This document shows positions 1 through 8,587 of a stretch of DNA of 64,000 bases, one piece after another. Every line of letters starts with the position of its first letter. Position 1 is the stretch's first letter. Position numbers and translations under genes: made by a program. The DNA is taken from contig JBEIDU010000002.1 in assembly GCA_040383345.1 (NCBI GenBank), positions 5,608-69,607 on the forward strand. The letters are read 5' to 3'. The DNA comes from Chitinophagales bacterium. Lineage in GTDB: Bacteria > Bacteroidota > Bacteroidia > Chitinophagales > JADJOU01. Under the pieces are notes generated by a model that was not told the origin of the DNA, did not search any database, and was given only the letters and a program-made list of their open reading frames with translations.

Positions 1-126
1 GCCGCTACCATAGAGGAAGTAATACAAGAAATAGCGGCTAGTATGAGCACTGAGCGTGGTACCCGCGCCGATGATAAACGCAGCGATACCGCTATGGAAG
101 ATAGAAAAAAAGAGGGCTATTTTTAA
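1..126 (+). CDS. 3' end of an unidentified CDS running off the left edge (...GTRADDKRSDTAMEDRKKEGYF*)
   Basis: Frame +1 is open from base 1 to TAA at 124-126 and is followed by a hairpin terminator. 41 aa is too short to assign a family. Confidence 0.35.
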   Translation, partial: AATIEEVIQEIAASMSTERGTRADDKRSDTAMEDRKKEGYF

Positions 127-150
127 TTCTTTAAAAATATAACACATATA

Positions 151-187
151 AAAAAAGGAGAACTTAATATTAAGTTCTCCTTTTTTT
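151..187. terminator. Bidirectional intrinsic terminator between convergent genes
   Basis: A-run 151-156, perfect palindrome ggagaacttaat|attaagttctcc at 157-180, T-run 181-187. It lies between a + gene ending at 126 and a - gene ending at 206. Confidence 0.65.
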
Positions 188-205
188 ATATAGAAACTAT
201 AAGAT

Positions 206-1657
206 TTATTTATTCAATTTGCTATGTTTTTTGCCATAGAAGAAATAAATAGCAACACCTAATGCCATCCAAATAACTAATCGAACCCAACTTTCTATTG
301 GAAGTGCCGACATTAAATACACACAAACTAAAATCCCAGCTATTGGGACAAAAGGCATAAGTGGAGTTTTAAACGCTCTTGGCACCTCAGGCATTTTCTT
401 ACGCATTATTAAAACGCCCAAACATACTAATGAAAATGCTAATAAAGTACCTATACTCACCATGTGTCCTAAATCAGAAACTGGAACAAATCCTGCAAAA
501 AGGCTCACGAATACCATAAAGAAAATATTCGTTTTCCATGGTGTGCGCATTTTACTATGCACATCAGAAAACATTTTTGGAAGTAGTCCATCTTTGCTCA
601 TAGAATAAAATACTCTACTTTGTCCCATTAACATTACCAATATAACCGACGTATATCCCGCTAAAATGGCAATAATTAAACCATTTTGAAGAAAGCCATA
701 TCCTGTTTTTGCAAAAGCCGTAGCAGCTGGTTTTGCATCGTTTGCAAAATCTTTATAATTAACCAATCCTGTCATTACATGAGAGAAAAGAACATATAAA
801 ATAGTGCATATAATCAAAGAACCTAAAATCCCAATGGGCATTCCTTTTTGTGGATTTTTAGCTTCTTGTGCGGCTGTAGATACTGCATCAAATCCTATAA
901 ATGCAAAGAAAACTGTAGCTGCACCTGCTACAACTCCAGACCATCCAAATTGTCCTTTTACCCCTGTATTTTCTGGTATATAAGGTACATAATTTGCTGA
1001 GTCAATATAGTTCCAGCCCAAAGCTATGAATAATAAAACCACCATTACTTTCACTACAACTAATATGTTATTCATAGTAGCGGATTCTTTTGTTCCTCTT
1101 ATAAGTAATAAAGAAAGTAAGGATACAATAAAAATAGCGGGTAAATTGATAATACCACCCTGGATGATTGTTCCATCACCTAATTTTAGTGTTTCCCATG
1201 GCGAACAAATCAAACTATGAGGCAAATGAACTCCAAATTTATTTAAAAGTTCTAGAAAATACCTAGACCAGCTCACACCAACAGTAGCAGCTCCTAATGC
1301 ATATTCTAAAACAAGGTCCCATCCAATAATCCAGGCCATAAACTCACCCATTGTAGCATAGCTATATGTATATGCACTACCAGCTACTGGAATCATAGAT
1401 GCAAATTCAGCATAGCATAAGCCCGCAAAAGCACAAGCTACAGCTGCTAAAATAAAGGATAATGTAACTGCAGGACCAGCATGTTCAGCGGCAGCTATAC
1501 CGGTTAATGAAAATAATCCAGCTCCAATAATAGCCCCAATGCCAAGCATGATTAATGAAGTAGAAGTAAGACTTCTTCTCAAAGTCCCCTGTCCTTCGGC
1601 CTGAGCTTCATTTACTAGACTATCAATTGATTTTTTTCTGAATATAAATGAATACAT
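206..1657 (-). CDS. APC-superfamily amino acid permease (cationic amino acid transporter / YfnA-like)
   Basis: 483 aa with about 12 TM segments. N-terminal signature LIMLGIGAIIGAGLF...AGPA...CYAEFASMIPVAGSAYTYSY is typical of APC/CAT permeases. Confidence 0.9.
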   Translation of the reverse strand: MYSFIFRKKSIDSLVNEAQAEGQGTLRRSLTSTSLIMLGIGAIIGAGLFSLTGIAAAEHAGPAVTLSFILAAVACAFAGLCYAEFASMIPVAGSAYTYSYATMGEFMAWIIGWDLVLEYALGAATVGVSWSRYFLELLNKFGVHLPHSLICSPWETLKLGDGTIIQGGIINLPAIFIVSLLSLLLIRGTKESATMNNILVVVKVMVVLLFIALGWNYIDSANYVPYIPENTGVKGQFGWSGVVAGAATVFFAFIGFDAVSTAAQEAKNPQKGMPIGILGSLIICTILYVLFSHVMTGLVNYKDFANDAKPAATAFAKTGYGFLQNGLIIAILAGYTSVILVMLMGQSRVFYSMSKDGLLPKMFSDVHSKMRTPWKTNIFFMVFVSLFAGFVPVSDLGHMVSIGTLLAFSLVCLGVLIMRKKMPEVPRAFKTPLMPFVPIAGILVCVYLMSALPIESWVRLVIWMALGVAIYFFYGKKHSKLNK

Positions 1658-1700
1658 AATCTATGATTTTATTTTAAATGCAATATTATCCTAAAAATAT

Positions 1701-1708
1701 TAATTTTG
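1701..1708 (+). promoter_or_regulatory. Bacteroidota -7 box TAatTTTG upstream of kup
   Basis: Matches the TAnnTTTG consensus 21 nt before ATG 1729. It lies inside the 5' extension given in the ORF track, which argues for the shorter start. Confidence 0.5.
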
Positions 1709-1728
1709 CAGAATTATTTAAATTTAAA

Positions 1729-3690
1729 ATGAAAAATAGCACTTCAAATCACCACAAACTTAGCATTGCTGGATTAATAGTATCTTTGGGAATAATATAT
1801 GGAGATATTGGGACTTCTCCATTATATGTAATGAGTGCCATTATTGGTAAGCAAATGATTACCAAAGAGTTGATATATGGTGGGGTATCAGCTGTTTTTT
1901 GGACAATTACACTACTTACGACGATCAAGTATGTAATGATAACCCTTCAAGCAGATAATAATGGCGAAGGAGGAATTTTTTCATTATTTGCACTAATAAA
2001 AAGAAAAAGAAAGAAGAAGTATTTTATTTGGATAGCAATTCTTGGTGGATCTATGCTTCTTGCGGATGGTATTATTACGCCACCCATTTCTATTTCATCT
2101 GCAATAGAAGGGCTTATTGTTGTTTATCCCGAAATTCAAACGATTCCTATTGTTATAGCCATTATAGTATTAATATTTTTAATGCAACAATTAGGGACGT
2201 CAACTGTGGGAAAAAGTTTCGGACCTATTATGATGATTTGGTTTGGGATGTTAGCTGGCTGGGGTATTTATTATATTCTTAAAAATCCAGGGATATTGGT
2301 TGCGCTATCTCCACATTATGCTTTTAAAATGTTGTTCAATCCTAAGGGCTTTTGGCTTTTGGGAGCTATTTTTCTTTGTACTACAGGAGCTGAAGCGTTG
2401 TATTCGGATTTGGGGCATGTGGGTAGAGAAAATATACGTATTAGTTGGATTTTTGTAAAAACCGCTTTAATTCTCAATTATTTTGGGCAAGGTGTATGGC
2501 TTCTTCAGCACGAAGGACAATATTTGAATGGACAAAATCCATTTTTTGCTATGATGCCAAAGGAGTTTTTATTGGTTGGAATAGGGTTAGCTACTTTAGC
2601 GGCTATTATTGCATCACAGGCATTGATTAGTGGAAGTTTTTCGCTTATTAGTGAGGCGGTTCGTCTTAATATTTTCCCTAAAATTGAGATTAAATATCCT
2701 GCAGTTACATTGGGACAAATATATATTCCAATTATCAATAACTTTTTATTGATTGGATGTATTTCAGTAGTTTTATTTTTCAAAAAATCGGCTGCCATGG
2801 AAGCTGCCTATGGACTGGCAATTACGGTTACTATGTTGATGACTACATTGCTTCTGAGGGAATATTTAATTACAAAACGTCGTGCTCCTTTATTTATTTG
2901 GGTATTATTTTTGACCTATGTATTTGTTGAAGGTGCGTTCTTTGTAGCAAATCTTATCAAATTTACACATGGAGGTTATTTTACTTTAATTGTATCTAGT
3001 TTATTTATTCTTATCATGTTTAGTAGATGGCGAACTGTAAAAATTAAAGAAGCCTTGAGAGAATATGTGCCCATTAAAGATTATATCGATCAATTGATGG
3101 CATTGAGTAAAGATCAATCATTACCTAAATTTGCTACTAATTTAGTCTTCTTGTCTACTTCGCCCAAAGAAACAGAAATAGAATATAAAATCATATATTC
3201 TATTCTTCAAAAACAACCCAAAAGAGCTGATAATTATTGGTTTGTTCATGTACATGTAACCAAGAGTCCTTATACTTGCGAGTACAAAGTAGATACTATA
3301 GCCAAAGATGATGTATATAGAATTACTTTTTATTTAGGATTCAAAGTGGAAGAGAAAATTAGCCAATTTTTAAGAATAGTAATCGAAGATATGGTGAAAA
3401 AAGGTGAGGTAAATATTAATAGTCGTTATCATTCATTGAAAGAAAATAATATAGCGGGTGATTTTCGATTTGTGATATTGGAAGAGGTGTTATCTACAGA
3501 GAATCAACTATCATTTAAAGATCGATTGGCTATCAAAATTAATTTATGGCTAAAAAATATTACCACTACTCCTGAAAAATGGTTCAATTTGGATACCAAT
3601 TTGGTAATGGTAGAAAAAGTACCTTTGATTATCAAAACAGGTAATAAATCCGAACTGATTCGTATTACTGATCGACCAAATTATTTGTAG
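1729..3690 (+). CDS. kup: KUP/HAK/KT family potassium transporter
   Basis: GDIGTSPLYV motif, about 12 TM segments and a C-terminal cytoplasmic domain. Start moved from track position 1678 to ATG 1729 (MKNSTSNHH...) because of the -7 box at 1701. Confidence 0.9.
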   Translation: MKNSTSNHHKLSIAGLIVSLGIIYGDIGTSPLYVMSAIIGKQMITKELIYGGVSAVFWTITLLTTIKYVMITLQADNNGEGGIFSLFALIKRKRKKKYFIWIAILGGSMLLADGIITPPISISSAIEGLIVVYPEIQTIPIVIAIIVLIFLMQQLGTSTVGKSFGPIMMIWFGMLAGWGIYYILKNPGILVALSPHYAFKMLFNPKGFWLLGAIFLCTTGAEALYSDLGHVGRENIRISWIFVKTALILNYFGQGVWLLQHEGQYLNGQNPFFAMMPKEFLLVGIGLATLAAIIASQALISGSFSLISEAVRLNIFPKIEIKYPAVTLGQIYIPIINNFLLIGCISVVLFFKKSAAMEAAYGLAITVTMLMTTLLLREYLITKRRAPLFIWVLFLTYVFVEGAFFVANLIKFTHGGYFTLIVSSLFILIMFSRWRTVKIKEALREYVPIKDYIDQLMALSKDQSLPKFATNLVFLSTSPKETEIEYKIIYSILQKQPKRADNYWFVHVHVTKSPYTCEYKVDTIAKDDVYRITFYLGFKVEEKISQFLRIVIEDMVKKGEVNINSRYHSLKENNIAGDFRFVILEEVLSTENQLSFKDRLAIKINLWLKNITTTPEKWFNLDTNLVMVEKVPLIIKTGNKSELIRITDRPNYL

Positions 3691-3763
3691 ATATTTTATT
3701 TGAAAAAATAAGTTACTTTCAATAATCCTTCTTAGATTTACACTTTTATATAAATTTTGATTT

Positions 3764-4072
3764 GTGCAATTTTCAATTTATAATCTTAAGAAAATAGAAG
3801 AATTCATAAAAGAAGCGGGTTATCAACTTCGATATGAAAAAGGACAATTTAACTCCGGTTTTTGTATTCTACAAGATAAAAAAGTAGTTGTTATAAATAA
3901 ATATTTTACACCCGAAGTGCGTTTTTCTAAGTTGATTGACATTATAGCTACCATAGAATTTGATAGAGCTCAAATACAATCTGAACAAGGTCGAAAAACA
4001 TTGCAAAAGATTGATTTGCTTTTTGCACACGCCAATGAAATGAATTTTGATAATTCAACGCCTACAGAGTAA
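3764..4072 (+). CDS. Hypothetical protein (102 aa)
   Basis: ORF with a GTG start. Its TAA overlaps the ATG of the next gene (taATG at 4070-4074), suggesting translational coupling. No recognisable motif. Confidence 0.45.
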   Translation: MQFSIYNLKKIEEFIKEAGYQLRYEKGQFNSGFCILQDKKVVVINKYFTPEVRFSKLIDIIATIEFDRAQIQSEQGRKTLQKIDLLFAHANEMNFDNSTPTE

Positions 4073-4842
4073 TGCAGGAAAATAGTATAACGCTTTTGGG
4101 AACAGGTACTTCGGTAGGAATTCCAATGGTTGGGTGTTTATGTGAAGTATGTTTAAGTCCTGATATAGAAGATAAGCGATTACGAACTAGTGCTTTTGTA
4201 GTTTTTCAAGGAAAACATTTTTTGATTGATATTGGGCCAGATTTCCGTGAGCAGGCACTTCGCAATCAAATTAATAAAATTGATGCAATATTACTCACAC
4301 ATCCGCATCGCGATCATATAGGAGGCTTTGATGATATTAGAGGGCTCAATTTTGTACAAGAAAAATCCATCGCTTTATTTTCAAATACGCTTACTTGGAC
4401 AAGTTTAAAAAAGCAGTTTTATTATGCTTTTGACAATTTGGAATATGATGCTGTTCCCAAGGTGAATCCTATTATGATAAATGATGAAGGGTTTGATTTT
4501 GAAGGAATTAAAATTATTCCTATCCATGTTATGCATGGAAATATGCCTTGTCTAGGATATCGTTTTGGGAAAATGGCTTATCTCACCGATGTCAATTTTA
4601 TACCAGAAATAGAATTTGAAAAATTGAAGGATTTAGATGTTCTAATATTAGATTCTTTGCGAATAAAACAGCATCCTTCCCATTTCTCATTGGAAGAATC
4701 ATTGCATATTGCTGCACGAATTGGTGCTAAAAAAACATATTTTATTCATATAAGCCATCATATGGGGCTTCATAGGACTATACAACCGCATTTACCCGAA
4801 AACGTATTTTTTGGAATAGATAATCAACAGATTAATTTTTGA
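4072..4842 (+). CDS. MBL-fold metallo-hydrolase (PhnP-like)
   Basis: HPHRDHIGG (HxHxDH) motif, N-terminal CxxC region (GCLCEVC), 256 aa. Ends in TGA. Confidence 0.85.
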   Translation: MQENSITLLGTGTSVGIPMVGCLCEVCLSPDIEDKRLRTSAFVVFQGKHFLIDIGPDFREQALRNQINKIDAILLTHPHRDHIGGFDDIRGLNFVQEKSIALFSNTLTWTSLKKQFYYAFDNLEYDAVPKVNPIMINDEGFDFEGIKIIPIHVMHGNMPCLGYRFGKMAYLTDVNFIPEIEFEKLKDLDVLILDSLRIKQHPSHFSLEESLHIAARIGAKKTYFIHISHHMGLHRTIQPHLPENVFFGIDNQQINF

Positions 4843-6007
4843 TTAATTCCGCAACAAAAAATCCATCACCTTCATATTCATTAGGTAACAGCGTTTGCTT
4901 TTTGGTACATGTAAATCCTCTACTTTCTATCCATTGAACTTGGTCTTCATTCTCTGAAGGAAAAATGCTACAGGTAGAATAGATGAGCTTTCCGCCTGAT
5001 TTTAATGTGGGTATAAAATTTTCGATAATTTGTTTTTGAAGATGCCATTTTTCAATTAAAGGCGCTTCATAAATTCTGTATTTCAGGTCAGCTTGACGAC
5101 GAATCGTTCCACTACCACTACAAGGAACATCCATAAATAAAACATCCGCAAAGTTTTTGTATTTATCCATATTGGCATCATTAGCTATTTCTGTTTTTAC
5201 TTTTTTGCCAAACATACGAGCTACTCGCTTATCCAAATGTTTCAGTTTGGATTCTTCAATATCAAATGAAACCAATTGTATATTTTCAGCGGTAATATCC
5301 AAAATATGTGTTGATTTTCCACCATTTCCTGCACAAGATTCAATGATTTTTTTGGCTTTGGAAATATCTGAAAACTGGGAAATAAATTGTGAACCAATAT
5401 CTTGAATTTCAAAATGAGAGCCAAATTCTTCAAACAAAATATGATTTTTAGCAATAGGTTTTAAAAGTTTGATTACGGGTGCCATTTCTAATGTTTCACC
5501 AGCGTATTGTATATCGTTTAATACTTCAAATTCGATGTCATGTTCTGAAAGCGTATCGGCAAATATATCTATAGTTGTCTGTGATTGATTGACTCTTAAG
5601 AATATAGGCGCTACTTTGTGCATCGCTTTCCAAATGGCTTGAAAGTTTTCGCCAAGCTCTTTCGTCGCTAATTTAGCAAAAAGGCTTGGAACAGAATAGA
5701 GCGTTTCAAAAGGTAGCTCAGACTCGTATCTAACTTTAATTTCTTGAAAATCAAATTGATTTTCTTCATTTAAAAAATTCAGGTAGGTATCTAATATCGT
5801 TTCTTTTGATTCGGAGAAATGCATAAGAAATTCATAATGACGTACTATATCATATGTGCATTGTGCTATGGTTTTTCTATCTTTTGAGCCCCATTTTGGA
5901 TTGGCTTTGAATTGTTTTTGAATATAGGTATCTAATACGTTTTTATTTTGAATTATTTCCGTAATATTCTTTAATATTGCAGTCCTAAGATTGGGGAATA
6001 CTTTCAT
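4832..6007 (-). CDS. RsmB/NOP-family class I SAM-dependent RNA m5C methyltransferase
   Basis: SAM-binding ESCAGNGGKS, and catalytic motifs DVPCSGSGTIRR and YSTCS. Confidence 0.8.
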   Translation of the reverse strand: MKVFPNLRTAILKNITEIIQNKNVLDTYIQKQFKANPKWGSKDRKTIAQCTYDIVRHYEFLMHFSESKETILDTYLNFLNEENQFDFQEIKVRYESELPFETLYSVPSLFAKLATKELGENFQAIWKAMHKVAPIFLRVNQSQTTIDIFADTLSEHDIEFEVLNDIQYAGETLEMAPVIKLLKPIAKNHILFEEFGSHFEIQDIGSQFISQFSDISKAKKIIESCAGNGGKSTHILDITAENIQLVSFDIEESKLKHLDKRVARMFGKKVKTEIANDANMDKYKNFADVLFMDVPCSGSGTIRRQADLKYRIYEAPLIEKWHLQKQIIENFIPTLKSGGKLIYSTCSIFPSENEDQVQWIESRGFTCTKKQTLLPNEYEGDGFFVAELIKN

Positions 6008-6025
6008 GTGCTATGCTGATTTTTT

Positions 6026-8230
6026 ATGATTAAATTTGAAAAAAATACTGAAATTCAATTAGCAAAGAAACTCATTTTTGAAACAAACGAGTCACTTTTT
6101 TTGACAGGCAACGCGGGAACGGGCAAAAGTACCTTCTTAAAGGAAGTAATTTCGGAATGTCCCAAAAATAAAATTGTATTGGCGCCAACGGGTGTAGCCG
6201 CTATCAATGTAAAAGGAACTACCATTCATTCTTTTTTTAATTTACCTTTTACGCCCTTTAATCCTACAGAAAATTGGTCAGATAGTGATGAAGAAATTGG
6301 ATTGAGACAATTATTGTTAAAATTGCGCTACAATACCGAAAAAAGAGCACTTATCAAAGAACTCGATCTCATGATAATCGATGAAATTTCAATGGTGCGA
6401 GCTGATGTAATTGATGCCATTGATTTTATATTAAGACATTATAGAGATAATAGACACGAAGCATTTGGAGGGGTACAAGTCCTTTTTGTAGGGGATTTAT
6501 ACCAACTGCCGCCAGTAGCTAATGGAAGTACGTGGGATATCCTCAGCCGTTTTTATCGCTCGCCTTTTTTCTATGATTCGAAGGTTTTAGAAATGAAAGG
6601 CATTCATATAATTGAACTCAAGAAAATTTATCGTCAAAGTGACCCAATATTTATTAATATTCTAAATGCAATTCGGAATAATCAATTGACTGCATTAGAA
6701 AGGGATGCGCTCAATCAACGAAAAATTTCACCTCCCGAAGATTCCGAAGATTTGATTATCACGCTTACCACGCACCGTGCCATAGCGGATGAAATTAATG
6801 AAAGAGAATTGAGAAAATTGGACGGAACGGTTTATGTCTATCACGCCGAAATTTGGGGCGAGTTTAAAGAAAATTCTTATCCTATTGAGCCTATGATGGA
6901 ACTCAAAGTAGGTAGTCAAATTCTTTTTGTGAAAAATGATATCAGCTTTCCCCGAAAATATTTCAATGGAAAATTGGGTGTTGTGTCTCGGCTTACAAAA
7001 GATTCTATTTATGTGAAATCAAAAAATGAAGCGAATGAATGGGAAGAAATTCAAGTGAATAAAGATATTTGGACACAATATGAATACAATTTAAATATAG
7101 AAAAAAATAGGATAGAAGAGAAGGAAGTAGGAACTTTTCAGCATTATCCTATCAAGCTGGCTTGGGCCATTACGATTCATAAAAGTCAAGGATTGACATT
7201 TGAAAAAGTAAAACTGGATATACGCGATAGTTTTGTAAGCGGGCAAACGTATGTAGCCTTGTCGCGTTGTACTTCATTGGAAGGAATTTATTTGCTCAAT
7301 GAATATCCTTCAAGGCAATTAAATTATCCGAGTCATTTAATTGCATTTTCAAAAAATAGTATAGAAAACCAACGATTGGAAGAAACTATAGCGGATAAAA
7401 AAGATGCTTATTTAAAAAATGTATTACATCGAATTTTGAATCTCAAATCGATAAAAGATACGATTCAAGAAATTGTAGAACAATTTGAAGAAGCCAGAGA
7501 AAAAGTGAAAGGCAGCGATGAAATCTTATCTGAATTGCAAGAGGTAAAAACAAAATGGAAAGAAGTAGAAGGCGTCAATCAAAAGTTTTTGGCTCAGTTG
7601 CAGCATATTTTCTCAATAGAAGGGAAAATAGAGCGAGAAGCTATGCTCAATGAACGTGTGGAAAAGGCCGTTTTCTATTTTGGAAATCAATTAATTGAGG
7701 TAGTTTTGAATCCCATTATAGGCATTGAATCCAAGATTAAACTTTATTTTAGAATTGCACCGTTGAAAAAAGAATTGGAAATGAAAATTGCAGTTCTTAA
7801 AATGACGCTTTCAAAATTTGAAAAGCTCAAGCAGTATGGCGTTTGTCAGCATTCCGATTTTACCTCGTTAATTGAAAATTTGAAAACACTAGAACGAGAG
7901 GAATCTATTTCTAAGTCTAAAACAAAACAACCTACGCAAGAAATTACATTGGATTTGCTCAATGAAGGAATGAATGTAGCACAAATAGCCGAAGCTAGAA
8001 ATCTCACTACAGGAACTATTTACAATCATCTTTTCAAGCTTTTTGAGGATGATAAAATATCAATAAAGTCTATATTTAGCGATGAAGAATTTGAGCAAAT
8101 AAAAGCAGTAATGGCTTCATTGCCATCCGAAGCAGATTTTGCATACATTAAGGAAAAAAATATAGAGGTAGATTACAATATAATTAGATTTTGGCGAAAA
8201 AATCAGGAGAAAATAGAAAAGAAATTATAA
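6026..8230 (+). CDS. PIF1/RecD-like SF1 helicase with a long helical extension and a C-terminal helix-turn-helix domain
   Basis: Walker A GNAGTGKST, DEISMV, GDLYQLPPV, TIHKSQGLTF and YVALSRCTS motifs. The C-terminus NVAQIAEARNLTTGTIYNHL looks like an HTH. Confidence 0.85.
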   Translation: MIKFEKNTEIQLAKKLIFETNESLFLTGNAGTGKSTFLKEVISECPKNKIVLAPTGVAAINVKGTTIHSFFNLPFTPFNPTENWSDSDEEIGLRQLLLKLRYNTEKRALIKELDLMIIDEISMVRADVIDAIDFILRHYRDNRHEAFGGVQVLFVGDLYQLPPVANGSTWDILSRFYRSPFFYDSKVLEMKGIHIIELKKIYRQSDPIFINILNAIRNNQLTALERDALNQRKISPPEDSEDLIITLTTHRAIADEINERELRKLDGTVYVYHAEIWGEFKENSYPIEPMMELKVGSQILFVKNDISFPRKYFNGKLGVVSRLTKDSIYVKSKNEANEWEEIQVNKDIWTQYEYNLNIEKNRIEEKEVGTFQHYPIKLAWAITIHKSQGLTFEKVKLDIRDSFVSGQTYVALSRCTSLEGIYLLNEYPSRQLNYPSHLIAFSKNSIENQRLEETIADKKDAYLKNVLHRILNLKSIKDTIQEIVEQFEEAREKVKGSDEILSELQEVKTKWKEVEGVNQKFLAQLQHIFSIEGKIEREAMLNERVEKAVFYFGNQLIEVVLNPIIGIESKIKLYFRIAPLKKELEMKIAVLKMTLSKFEKLKQYGVCQHSDFTSLIENLKTLEREESISKSKTKQPTQEITLDLLNEGMNVAQIAEARNLTTGTIYNHLFKLFEDDKISIKSIFSDEEFEQIKAVMASLPSEADFAYIKEKNIEVDYNIIRFWRKNQEKIEKKL

Positions 8231-8275
8231 ATTTGTATTTTATTTGCATCTACCTAAATCAAATTCTTGCCTAAA

Positions 8276-8506
8276 ATGAGCGAAATGATTGAAAAATTAA
8301 ATAAAGCTTTGGAAAGCATACGTCCTTATTTAAAAGAAGACGGCGGTGATGTAGAGGTGTTGAGCCTTGATGAATGGGGTGTTGTGAAAATTAAGATGAT
8401 AGGTAATTGTAAAACATGTTTGCAACGTAATAGTACTATCAAAACAGGAATTGAATCGGTCCTAAAGTCTCAATTCCCTGAAATAAAAGAAGTAATAGAA
8501 GGTTAA
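8276..8506 (+). CDS. NifU-like (Nfu C-terminal domain) Fe-S cluster protein
   Basis: RPYLKEDGGDVEVL...GNCKTC...T motif. I prefer ATG 8276 over the track's TTG 8267. A TAaaTTTG box lies at 8228-8235. Confidence 0.8.
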   Translation: MSEMIEKLNKALESIRPYLKEDGGDVEVLSLDEWGVVKIKMIGNCKTCLQRNSTIKTGIESVLKSQFPEIKEVIEG

Positions 8507-8541
8507 TTAAACTTTTTTTGCAATGTAGTCAAAAAAATATT

Positions 8542-8549
8542 TACCTTTG
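8542..8549 (+). promoter_or_regulatory. -7 box TAccTTTG upstream of hppA
   Basis: TAnnTTTG match 39 nt before ATG 8588. The same tacctttgc core recurs at 43048 and 58053. Confidence 0.55.
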
Positions 8550-8587
8550 CGCCCTCAAAAAATTTTTAACAAAAACAAATTTAAACA

